Source: Phoronis australis (taxonomy: Eukaryota; Animalia; Phoronida). From it: a stretch of DNA of 64,000 nucleotides. Positions 1-13,400 of this stretch are shown here, in pieces. The stretch spans positions 346,434-410,433 of the forward strand of contig NMRA01000121.1 of NCBI GenBank assembly GCA_002633005.1. Reading direction: 5' to 3'. The stretch's first letter is position 1, and each line of letters opens with the position of its first letter. Below the pieces are notes generated by a model. It searched no databases. It saw only the letters and a list, made by a program, of their open reading frames with translations, and was not told where the DNA came from. The position numbers were made by a program, and so were the translations under genes.

Positions 1-1424
1 TTTGTATTTTCATCAGAAATTTTCGTCATGCAGGACTCGGTGACTCTTTCCATAGCTAAAGCGCCAAACACAAGCTAAACGCAAGACAATCGAGTAACGG
101 TCATGACATCGTCAAGACAAGGTAAAAATTACAAAGCCCCTTACCACAATTCTCAGATTCAAGCCTTATAGAGTAGTAGTCATCCGTTGAACGCTTAGTG
201 ACACGGGAGTTGCCTCGATCCCAAAATTTTCCTTGTCCGAAAGTCGCGGGGCAAAAATCCGACGTTTATGACATTGTCCGAAGTTCGAAGATCATTAAAA
301 ACAGTTTTTGGACCTTGTACGAATTTCGTGGATTATGAAAAACTCATTTCGAAAATATTTATTCTTGGTCGAAAATGGTGGGCCGTCCGAAAATCACGCG
401 ACTTTACCGTATTTATCATCGGATTTCTTTGATGGATTTTCGTTAAATTTGGTCAATAAATATCAAGTCTTCTCAAAAACATAACTTACCATCTGCTTTT
501 GCTCGCAGTTCCCCAAAATCAAGAGAACTGGTATAGCTCAGACATGTATGATTTCAGTAGGAAATTCCTGACAATTTTGTATGTATCAGTTTTTGTCCAA
601 GGGTGGGAGGACATGGTATACGAAAAAAAACTTGTCCAAAAAGTCACAAGGTATGGTTAAATTTTGGTTCACTGTTTCAGTAACTTTAAAGATGACTTTA
701 GTTTTGAATGTGAGACTTTATTCCTAAATTGCAACCTAAAATAGGAATCACAAAATAAACTCTCTCAAAAACTTGCCTCAAAGATTCACTTGCCATGATA
801 GCAATTGATTTCTGCCATTTAAAGGAATTGAAGCCCCACTTGATAATGACCTGAGGTGGCCCAATATTTGATGGATTGACACATTCCATCAAAACTGATG
901 TACTTGCTAATGCCCTGGTTGACATTAATCAGTCACCGTGTGCATAAGTCATCGTCTAATGACATTGATTAACAAAGCAGTTTAGGTGTTGAGTGAACAA
1001 GAATTGTCACCATTAAATGGACTGCTAAGACCATTTCCAGTCAGACAAATCCTCAAATAATCTTTATTCTAATGCGATCCACTGAAAGGCACCCTAAGCA
1101 ATTAACATTTTAAATTTCAGACATGTTTTTTTAACTCAAGAACCCACACTGCATTCGTGACTTTCTTTTTCTGACAAGCAAATTTTCATAAAAACACGTC
1201 CTCTCACCATATGACAAAAATTCCTAAGATACATTAATTCAAATTGTCAGGAATTCCCAGCAAAACACACATGCATGAATTATGATCTCGGTTTCCTCGA
1301 AATCACGTGCCAAAAGCAGTTGGTACATCAACCAGTTTATAAGGAGACAGCAACACTATGCCGTAATGTTAATGTTTCTTAGAAGTGTGGTGTCTTTAAT
1401 AGGTGACATTTCTCAACAACTTAC

Positions 1425-1486
1425 TTGAACCTATTCATAATCATGTCCTTGATTGGCTCGTGTGACTTGTCGGTTATTTGACGGAA
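1425..1486 (-). CDS. PNKP: PNKP exon 13
   Basis: [20 protein letters not shown]; donor AA|GTAAGT opens an intron that appears to run off the window start. Confidence 0.92.
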
Positions 1487-4400
1487 CTGAAATTGAAGCA
1501 TATGATAGTCAAGCGTGTCATAATGTGTCATTCACAGGATACTTTGACATGACAAATTAACAGAACACAAGTGGCAGAGTCCATGTGAACGGACTTTGAT
1601 GCAGCACAAATAGACATCGCATTGGCACTTTCAACCTTTTTGAAGTGCAGTTATTCTCCACAAATTTGGAACAAAACACTAGAAGACAAAGCTGTTATTT
1701 TTCCATTTTTAAATTAATGTTGATTAGTTTGCTGTAAACAAATAATGAAAATTTCACCGAACAATTTATGAAATCTACACAATACAAATCAACCACATTA
1801 AGTAATAGACTAAGCTTTTCTTAATCTATTTTCACTGTGGAAAAGTTTGGCAAAATAGAATTTCACTTGCAGTGCTAAATAAACGAAAAAGTAGCAAATA
1901 AAGGCCCGTCATCTTACATATTTTGGCAATTGTGAATCTTTAAAATGAAAACTAGTATCAAGACAGAAGTAACATCATCTCATCAGCACTACTTGACGTG
2001 TCTTTGTGCATGGACCTATTTTTGTCAAATGCGTTGTTCTCTGTCTTACATTTTGAGCGTAAACAAGACTTATTGCAAAGTGTCTTGCAATACATCAGTT
2101 GAAAGTTAATGTTTAATCAGGTTAGATAGTACGTAATTAGGACCTTATCAACAAGTTTGCACATTTAGCAAAATATCCACAAAACTGCAAAATTTAAGAT
2201 AGTCTGCAGAATATGATTTTTGACTCTATATCAATCTGCCATTAATTAGATCATGTGACCATGTTTTTAGGGAAATTTAGTGAAAAAGAAGTACATTCAT
2301 AGCAAATCAACAGGATCAATAACATGACCAAATTTCACAAGACAGAAATGCTCAAGATACAATCTCTAAAATGCTGTTACACTTTTCAAAATTATGTTTC
2401 GTTTTTGATTTATGAAACTTGTTTGATAATAATAAAAAATCATATAAGTCAACGTTACTGGATCATCCACGTGGTGAAGAGAGGTGTATACCTATTCCCT
2501 AAAATTTATATACGACACAACGTTTAAGTGGTTCCAGATAAGGTTCCTTCATAGAATTATGGCAATATACTTCAACCAGATTGGTGTCGAGCAAGGAGCT
2601 AGAAAATTTGACCCATCTCCACTGGAATTATATTGCGACCAATAATTTCTAATCTGCAATCAGTCATTGGTTATTTGCTAAAACACAATCATTACTTAGT
2701 CTCTCGTACACAGACGTTTCCTTAGGCAAATTACACTACCTAGATTTAATTAATTTATTCATCCGTTTGGGAAAATATCACATTTATGGAAAAAGACTCA
2801 GGAAGGCTTCTCCCTCGATCGAAATATTCAAGACGGAGTGTTTAAGTGTATGCGAATGGGAAAATATCTATATTTCAGAAATCGGTTAAACGCACGACAC
2901 TTTTCATTGTTCACAGTCTTTATTCCGTTACGTATTATCAGCTTATGCTCTGTGGTGGCATTACTGCATCACTTTATCTTCACTTGAGAATGAAACAAGT
3001 ATGTTTCGAAATATCGTGTGCCTTTTAATTATGCCGCTAGGTCAGTTACTGTATCTATGTTCAGTTGAGAGTGGAGTTTTGTTCCGCAGATATTAACGTA
3101 ACGGAATAATGACTGTGAACAATGAAAAGTGTCGTGCGTTTAACCAATTCTGTATAACCGAAAACTTGCTCCCGATGTACAGCCACTTCGGAAATCGTGA
3201 ATATGAAAATTTTCATAATAGATGGCCCTCTCTGGCTCTTTTGTTTTCTTGAGTACATACCGATTCTAATTCTGTTGGTAGGTCTCAAAATTACCACAAG
3301 CGTGTTGAGCGAGTGGGTGCACGTGTGTGTGTATCCTTTGTCAGTTGCATTTTGCTTCGTGTTTTCAATTAGCAAAAATTCTAGACCTATTTTTGACAGC
3401 CTCTCATGCAAAAATGGAATTTTTCAAAAATAATTACTAACAGCATTTTATAGAACAGTGTATAAAGCAGAGTATCTCTCAGTTTCATGTGAATTTGATC
3501 AGCCATTTCTGAGATATGACGTTCCGAATTTAGCCAGTTTAGTTTTTCTAGAGTCCTACATAATCTTAAACGCAGCGTGATCAGAAAAACCTTCACTCAC
3601 ATACCACTTCATTGTGCTTTGCCTGCTCAATGGTCGTAGTGAATAGAAAGCACCTACAGGCGACACCTTTTGTCTTGGCACAAGTGATGTACCTGGTCAC
3701 AAATGAAACACCGTGAGAAACTCAATTCACCAACTGATAGGTGAGAATTGGTAACATAGTTACCGCATCATAAATACAACATTTAAAAAGCACTGTGAGA
3801 AAAACAACAAAATTTGTTCACAGAAAACAGTTAACAAAATATTTGACAAAACTGTTGAGATTATTCGTTGGAGTTGTGGTGAATACCCTTGAACAAGAAA
3901 ACTAGAAGCAAAGTGCAGAACCGTTTTGACAATTAAATGAATTTCTTGGTCCAAATTTTAGCCAAGAAGAACCTTTAATATTTTTGGTAACTAGAATATT
4001 ACAAATAAAAGGTAAACAATAATATTAACATGAAAAGTCAATCAATGACTTGTCATAAGATAAATTTAAGTTGCAAGAAATCGTATTACTCAATGTCATC
4101 AAAGGAAGACCTTCACAAACAGCTTATTTGAATTTCAAATTCCACTGCTATGAAATACGCAACATAAAATAATGAACCCCAAATGCACACCTTGACCTAG
4201 ATTCCATATCAGGGTTGGTGTTGTCAACTACAACGCTCTTGCCACTGTCTAGAGCTTGGTTGCAATGCTCCACACATTTCTGCCAGGTCTTCAGGGTGTC
4301 CTGTGTGGAGAAAAACACAATCAAATCATTACCACTATACAACATGTATCCAAGATACCACAAGAAACAAAGAGCGAGTAACTTCATTTCAATTCCACAC

Positions 4401-7400
4401 TGTTATCAGAAATTAGGCTCACAAGATTTTGCAGTTGACTGAATCAGTAATTGGCAGATGACTACGTACACAGAATGCGGAAAGTGAATAGATATTGAAT
4501 GAACAATAATTTTATAGCTTCCACCAAAAAGTAGAACGTCATGCCCAGTGATTTGGTGTTGCCTGTAAGCAAGGTGGTGTAAATTTTCACATGGAATACT
4601 CACTTATACATAACACAGTGAAATTCCTTCTAAGCCAACGGCTAGGTTGTATAACTTTTGACGTTCATTGAAATTATATTAACCAACAGTCAACAACTAA
4701 AAGACTTTGTGAGAAGATGCCTTCCCCATCTAAAAGTCACTCACCCTATTTATAGCAACATAACCAGCTGACACCAAATATTCCTTTGCAAAGAAACTTT
4801 TGCCAGCTGTAACCAACAAAAACAATTAGTGAAAGTGGTCATCTTTTAACGTGGTGCATAAAGCTTCCTCAATAAGAACGTACTGAACAAATCTTGTAGT
4901 ATATTCTCATTGAGGAAGCTCTGTGCGCTACGTTAGAATTAAACTCGTCATCTCTAATGTAGTGCACAGAGCTAAAGTTGTCATCTCTAATGTAGTGCAC
5001 AGAGCTATAGTTGTCATCTCTAATGTAGTGCACACAGCTAAAGTTGTCATCTCTAATGTAGTGCACAGAGCTAAAGTTGTCATCTCTAATGTAGTGCACA
5101 GAGCTAAAGTTGTCATCTCTAATGTAGTGCACAGAGCTAAAGTTGTCATCTCTAATGTAGTGCACAGAGCTAAAGTTGTCATCCCTAATATAGTGCACAG
5201 AGCTAAAGTTGTCATCTCTAATGTAGTGCACACAGCTAAAGTTGTCATCTCTAATGTAGTGCACAGAGCTAAAGTTGTCATCTCTAATGTAGTGCACAGA
5301 GCTAAAGTTGTCATCTCTAATGTAGTGCACAGAGCTAAAGTTGTCATCTCTAATGTAGGGCACAGCGCTTCCTTGATAAGATATTGAGTGTACAAAGTCA
5401 AAGTATTTTGAGGGGTTTTATTTCATGCAAAACTAGTTGTTGAATACGCAACGAACATTAGACTAAAGATATGTTTCTTGACGTGAAGTTTGCATTGAAT
5501 CAATAAGTCATTCAGCCTCAGCATATAATGCCTGACAAATTTGGATAGCATAAGCTACGAACAAATGAAGAAGTTTGCACTTAGACTTATCTAGTTGACA
5601 ACTGCCAATGACTTTGGCGACATTTGTACATAGGTAAGTCTTAGAGAAATTTGGTGGATATCTTTTCAATCTGCATTTTTTATTTGCTAGCTCGAATTGC
5701 ATTCTTAGCTACTCAGATACATGCGTCAGTTAGAGAGCACAGTTTCAGCCTAATGGTTACGGCAAGTGGTTTGAACTTCAGATCGGTGGACTTAGTTTCG
5801 AAGGTCATGTGTGGCCAGAGTGACTCTCAGGTTCAGTGGTTAAGCGCCCATGTACGACAAGCACCCACCTCCTGATTTCTAGGTTCGCCAATTAAAGTAC
5901 CTATGGTGTTACTGCGATTAATTCGAATGTTACTTTAACAGTATTTAAAATGAGTAGAGGGTTTTTAGAAGTTATTTAAACGACGCATAATTTTTCAAAA
6001 CAGCCGGGATGTTTGAAACATTGAGTTATAGGGGAGGGCTCCCTTTTCCTCTCATGTTTGTCGCAAATTTGACGACTCAAGAAAAAGAACAATTTTGTTC
6101 GGAAGTTGTTCGTTTCTTCTATAGTCAATTATGGCCAAAGTTTTGTTGCCATACTCAAATGCCATATTTTTCCCAACTGATTTTCAAAATGTCCCAACAG
6201 GACATAGAGAAAATGGTAAAATCTCTGCAGTTTAAACATGCACAGTTTTCTCCATCCACAATTTAGTTTTGGATTGGAAGTAAACCATTATAATTGATGA
6301 CTTTACTGTATTGTTATTTGTACACATTTACATTACTTACAAGCAGGAAATCCCACTAACACTATAACCTCTTGATCAGGAGACACTAGCTTTGAGTCAG
6401 CAGGTTCTAACAGTTGGCAGCTGAGACTTCTCTGAAAACAGTTAAGTGAAACATTTTGGGATTGGAGGGGGTAACAAGTCTGCATAGTGGCTTAGAACTT
6501 TGCAGATGGTTGTAAACCACGGCTGTTGTTCACACACAATAGGTCTTTTGATATTGACTTGCAATAAAAGTAGTTTTTGTGAACCCTGCTCTTAGTCATA
6601 CAACTGTTCCAGTAGGACAGTGTAAGTAAACACAGCTTAACAGAGGCTTTATGGTTCCGGCTGAGAAAACAATTGTTTTATTGTGCCCTAGGGGTTTTGG
6701 ATAACCAAGCCTAGAATTATGCAAGCAAAATGTGACTGGCATCTATGCAGTTCTCTTACATATTAAGTGTCTTAGTGCACTTGAAAATTGATAACAGTGT
6801 GCAGTGATTTGCTACTGTTAAACAGCTGTTTCAAACTTGTTTAATTATGTTTCATCACAAAAACCCAACTGAACACAACCAAATACTGTGAATGGAAACT
6901 TTAAAGTCTTGATCACAGGGCAATCATGGACATTCTGTTACTGAATACAAGCTATTAATGAAATTATTATTGCATTTCAACAAATATTTCATCAATTGTC
7001 AAGTTTCATGTTACTGCACTAATCAGCAAGTACAACTACAATGCACCACACTGTTTGATCCCTCTGGATGTTTATTCAGTGATCCATAGTTTGTTGTATG
7101 CTAAGTTATAGCCAAGATGAGCACACTAAAAGTTGGCCATTTAGCGGAAATTCAAATAGTTGAAATGTTCTGTTCTTGTATTATACTAAAAAGATGACAC
7201 TTATAACGTCTACAATCCCATGTCTAAAAGTATCACCAGGACCCATGACCAGCAAACTTTACTCGAGTCGACCAATCGCATTGCAAGTTTCAAGTAAATT
7301 TTCAAATTTCATGCAGTAACATTAATTACTTTTTTAGTTAAGTCTCACATAAAAATTCAAGGTCAAGGGCTCAGGCATGGACCTTTATCAAAATGGGCCC

Positions 7401-10400
7401 CTGTATCAATTATTCTTGACTGGTTAGTTAGGGTACTTACAGGATTGAATGCTGGTAGGTCAAAGGGCGCTTTCGAGTGGCCCAAAAAGTATTCTTCAGG
7501 TGTGAAGAATGGCAGTCCCAAATTGATAGCAAACTAGAAAACGTGACAAAGAATGAGACATGTAAGTATAGTTATATAAATTTTGTTAAAAAAACAAATA
7601 ATGTGGCTTGTAAATACACATACAAAAGAACAATAGACTATGTTGAAGTTATCATCATACAAAAAGTACATATTTCAAAAATTCTGCAGAAAGTAAAAGC
7701 CTTGAATCATAAATAGGTTTAACTAAGTAACATGCAACTCGGCTGCAAACCAATTCCTTCAGGAAACTACAAAAAATTGAAATGCTAATGATATCCACTA
7801 TAATCCATTAAATAAACCCTAATGCAATATTTAACAACACTCATTAAGACATGGCACTTTTTCTCACCAGTCGATCACTACTGGAGAAGTCTTTCTTTCT
7901 TTTAGGAGCCCAATTGACCGGTCTCCCAGCTGCGTCCCCCACGTACATGCTGTCGGCCATGTTAACAGATTTCCCATCATTCTCATATTCCACCATGTAG
8001 TTCCACATCCCGGTACATGGTTTACGATATAGACCAGCTCCAGTAGCCACAAACACCTGCGAAACACACTACACCTTCAATTCGAAGGATTTCAGCTCAC
8101 AGCGCTGCTGTCGTTTTCAAATGCATTGTGGAAGGTTGTCAGCTTGTAAGCAGTGACATCTTAGATAGCTTGTGGACATGTAACCTGGTTTGCGTTTTAG
8201 GTGGTGAGATAAAACTTCAGTATGCTCTGATGGCATGCACCTCGAAAATCCTGCATTTTGAGGCTCACTTTCACTAATTTATTTTTGTATGACAGTTTCT
8301 TAGTTGTACTCACACCAAAAAGTATGTTGCAGCAGACCTGTTTTTCAATTCTGGTGAGCTCAAGTGACATGCATAGATTTCCGAATACTGTTTATACATC
8401 ACCCAAGTGATTTGTGATGTTGCCAGATGTTTACGAGCCAGCAACTGTCCAAAAATAAACTAACCTTGTAAAGTGACATCAGCGCCCTAGATGGAATCCT
8501 CTACATGTCAAATGACTGTTCATATTATCGTATTCGCCCTAATAAGCGCCCCCATGCCCCTATAAGTGCCCCCACGCGTTTTCAGACTTCGCTAAAATAA
8601 GCGCCCAGCCCATGAACGTGTGCACGCGAAAAATGCCTTACCTACAACTCTAAAATTCTACAGTAATGTCTTCAATTTATCAATAAGACCTGACAGTCCT
8701 GAAAAAATCATTGTGCACGGAATTTGCAGACCACGAGCCTCGCCGCTATGTCGGTATTTAGCCGTGACTATATGCTTCAATCACACCCAATGAGACTGCA
8801 CTGACATACCTTCAACTGCTCAATACAATCTTCTCTGCCCTTGTAATGAGCCCATGTACACCCACCTCCACACACAATATGGTGCCATAAAGCTGCTGTA
8901 AGGTTATACCCTCTGAAGAAACAGATACTTCTAAGGCCAAATGTCAGAGTTGAAATTGGTTCTAAGAGTAGCCGGAGATTCTAACCAGAGGAAATCTTTT
9001 CTGTCATTCGATGTGAATTTTGTCACTTGGCAAGGGTGATTTTTCAATGTTTAGACAACGGAATGAGACCGCTATCCAATTCCAAGACTGAGGCATCAAA
9101 GCAAGCCAATACCACACCCCAATCCTTGACTGTAAAACAAACGCCAACACTACCTGAATAGGAAGAGCAAGCCTTGAGATGATTTTTTCCACCTTGCCTT
9201 TGAAATCTTCAGCCTTCAGTTTACCCCTTTGTATATTAAGCTGTAAACATCATCAATAAAGCAATTGCGTTTTAATTCAGTACACTGATGTCACAAGACA
9301 CACTAAACAATTATGAGAACAAGATACGCGATCACCTTTTTGATTTGTGACTCATTGCTCGAACTTGTACAATGCATGTTATTTGTAACAAGAACAATAG
9401 GACATACTATTCCCTTGAAATTCGCCTGGCTTTGTCAAAAGCCCACAAGAAAACTAGATGAAAAATGACACTTATCATCAGTCCATTAGATCGTAATTTT
9501 TGCTTCAAAATTTTGCCTACTTCGGTAAGAAATGACCTAAACTTTTTAACTTTTTTAAAACTACACTGTTATTTCTATAATAAAATTTCAAGTTAGACAA
9601 CAAGTTGAAGCAGAAAAATTGATGTATGTAAATGTGTTAACCCCATTAAGTGTGGATATGAATGACCATTCCAATATGAACATGTTACAGTAATTGTTTA
9701 AGAATAGTCTAGCTATGATTCAAATTCTTGACCTCTGCAGGTTAGCAACAGTGCACATAATTCGTCTGCTTCAATTTTGTATGGCGATGTTATCTACTAC
9801 TTGTCAAAACACTACAGTAGAAATAATACTTAACAAAGCTTGATTTCAAAAGTGCATTAAACGAGGTATTTACTGAAATTGCGCACGACCTTCAATGACA
9901 TATTACCATTTTACAAACTATAGAGACGCCATTAGTAACTATGTTACATTTAATTATTCATTCTGACCTTTTTCAACACCCTAAACATCCAATGCAACTG
10001 TTTGCCTCAGTCAATCTCCCATCCCAACTAATAACCCACACATCCACTTAAGGTATTATTCCAAAAGATTATACCTGGTTAGTGAAGAATACTACTTTGT
10101 ATCCATCCTCTTGGAGTTTCTTTAGCTTTGTCTTCACTTCGGGAAAAAGCAATCTAGTAAAGTAATAAACACACGGTAGAAATTACTACAACCATAACTA
10201 AATCCAGAAAATAATACGACACGCAAATCACTTCACATTAATTAAGAACTGGAAGCATTTTTAATGATGTGGGTCTTATAAAAGCAGTCACCGCTATTTC
10301 TAAAGTACAAAACAATGACAATTAATTTACACTGTGTGAAATTTAGTGAAAACTTTAATGCACCATAAAACAATGACAATTAATTTACACTGTGCTGCCG

Positions 10401-13400
10401 TACACTACTTAAAAAAACATTCAGTTTAGGGTGTGAGAGTTACCGAAACCATACCCCTCTCGTTTGGAGCAAAATCAACTAAATTATAAGAGAACTGCTA
10501 AAACTCCAAACCTAAAACCAGTTGAATAATAAGTTCGCTTCCTAGTTTTATAACAGCTGCATATCAAGGGGAGATAACTACTATCACTTCCAAGCCAGAT
10601 GACTATGGCAGCATTCATTTATAAGATCACTTGATTAGCAAACACTTGAGTAGATGGAATTATTAACACCCAGGTGAAAGACAACAGTGCTCCTCTCCTT
10701 CTCACCCCTAGTCATTTGCGCAACACTCCCCCATCAGGGGCTACCTCCTAGCTGACCCAATTTTGGCAATGGAAATGATACCAACAGAATGACAGCATGT
10801 TATGCCACTCAAGTTACCTCCAGTCCCCAATATTTGTGGGGAACACCTTGCCAGACTGTGTAGTGATGATGGTCCCATCAAGGTCAAAACCAGCTACCTG
10901 AAAGTATTAGTTCTGTGTAATCATACCACAACGTTGCTTACCAAATACCATAGAATGTGGTAACAACCTCGGTTAGATGGTCGGAGTAATTGTCGGATTA
11001 TTTCATCAAAACAGATTCTGTTCTTTTGCGACTGACCGCGCGAGAACATCAGGCTATAAAGTGTGAACATGACGTTTATTTAGATGATATGCTTGGACAG
11101 TTTGAACAACAATTACTGTTCCTCTTAAATTCCAATTTGATACCTTAAATGAATGCTTAAAAGCAGTGAGTTGCAAACTGATGGTAAATGGACAGTACAA
11201 GCCAAAAACATAGGTGTTGCTAGCTTATGTTATTGTCCAGGCACGTGACTGTCAAACCTGTTGTCCTGTGCGTCAAAATGGGCAAACTTCAACAGTGTAT
11301 AATAACTGTTATGAAACGGAATGCTGTAGGAGTATGAGGCCCGTATGCAGACAGCTCTTGGTCTAAGGAGTGCGAAACTCATTGAATTTGTTACAGAGAA
11401 CATGGAATTCTCGATGATGAAATACCAAATATCTGTTTTCATATTGTGTCTAATCTGCTTAAATTATCCCAAGTGGCTTTGTGGTGAAATGACCAAAAAG
11501 TTCCTTGAAAAAAAAGGAAATGCTTAAAACAATCCACATATACTGACAAAAGAGATGTTTTTAGATAAGACATTACTTATATAGGAAGGTCTACAAAATA
11601 ACTAATAATTTAGTTATAATATGTTCAAAGCATTGTCTGCAAGTTAATAAGAACAACAACGGTTTTATGTCGACTTGACATGTTTCGGTGTCATTTATTC
11701 AAACACCATCATCAGAACAGAGAATACAGTCAGTTACAGGGAGTGACATTGTCACTCCATGTAACTGACTGTGTCTGTGCTTTATTACTTGTTGCTGGGC
11801 CTAGCTAGGTGGCCACTGCATTCTCTCTTCTGATGATGGTGTTTGCATAAATGACACCGAAACATGTGAAGTCGACTTAAAACCGGGTTGTTGTTTTTAT
11901 TAATATATGCCTGCTACTTGCTATCATGGAGATTGTCTGAAAAACAAAGCAACATTTTGTAAGACACTAGACAGTATCCATGAAAAATTTTAAAGCCAAT
12001 TAGAATCAGTTGACTTTACCCCAAGACGTTTTGCAATTTTACCAATAGTCTCAGATGAGTGAAAAATAATGGAAATAGTTAGATTTCACTTTATAGTTCA
12101 AACTAGTAAAATGACAAATACTGTGAGTCATTTTGGAACAAGATGGATCAAAACAAGAAGTAATTGTGTAGACCAAAACTGATTTTTGTGACTTGTCACT
12201 TTTCCAGACTTTCTCATACAGTGTCTCGTAAACACAAAAAGGTTAAGTAAAATCTCTTAATTCTATATGGTGGACAAGCATTAAGTGAATTTTTCTTTTT
12301 CTGGCATCAAATAATAAATACTCCCAGTTCAAACTAGGGCTACCATCAGATACTATTTTGAGAACTTGTGCATACTGAACGCAGAAGCTTTTGCAAAACG
12401 AAAAAAGATGAAATTTGGCAATCATACGAGTCACGACGCTGAAGCAATGTTTTGGTCTCCCTACCTTACTACTAGAAACAACTCCTGCACAATTATACAC
12501 CAATAAACCGTCACGTTGCTTCCAACCGCCAACACCAGATGACGCTGCTTGAGACGCTGGCTGACTGCTAAAAAACGAATAATTTGCCATTCTAAAAGGT
12601 TGACAACACATCAACAGACAAGATCAAGCTGACGAATTTTGTTAAGCTCAAACGAATTTCCTCTCACTGACAAAGATTATAAATTGTTTATGATAACTAG
12701 ATGATAAACTATCACAAAGATTAAAGTCTATCTATAGCTTGTGTTTGCAGACCTCTATAAGACTTTCAATGCAGCTGTAAACCGATGACCTGGTTATCAG
12801 ATTGAAACAATGCAGTGGCTGAACTCTTGAGAGATGAGTCACTCCAAATCCAATACAAGATCAAATCCATATGCTTCATTGGAAAATCTCAGATTTTTGA
12901 AAGACTGAACCATCATTCTCTGTCAGTGAAATTGAACTGACATAAGTATAATGTATTCATATTTTTACGTATGTGGAAAACTGATATCCACAAAAATGAA
13001 AGTTGAGATTTTATCTGGAAACAACATCTGCAGAATGTCAAACATTTGTTATTCCAAATATCGTAGAAAATAAATTTGAAACTAAATAAGGCGCTCCAGA
13101 TCCTTCCAAGGATACTATTGTGTCACGAAATGTAGAATATAAATAGGTAAATAAAACAAAAAGAATGGATCAACTGAAATTTTCGGATATGATAATGTCC
13201 TGTTGACGAAGGTTCAACATTGGTAAACAGTCGCCTTTAAGTTGGTGCAAAATTGGTAAACAATTGCTTGCTGGTTGGCGTGATGTCAATAAGTGGGTCG
13301 GAATTGAATTTGTGCAGTGTCAGTAGCAGGTCATTTTTGGCGTTGGCCCAAGGTCATACTGTTGTCGGTTATTAGTTGACAGTGCCCTGTGTCTGACTAA

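Larger units (their letters stand above)
11640..11931. mobile_element. Palindromic Penelope-like pLTR remnant with two inverted minimal hammerhead motifs
   Basis: Inverted arms ~11644-11730 and ~11815-11903; flanking direct repeat ATTGTCTG at 11632-11639 and 11932-11939. Confidence 0.65.

Noticed and set aside
1-1424. PNKP terminal exon
   Set aside because: No phase-2 exon with the expected (E)xPxxxEGF motif was found on the minus strand; presumed outside the window
4947-5366. CRISPR-like array
   Set aside because: Units are contiguous with no unique spacers; eukaryotic intron; no cas genes
4869-5401. Three overlapping 154-164 aa repetitive ORFs
   Set aside because: By-products of a 33-bp (11-codon) minisatellite inside a PNKP intron
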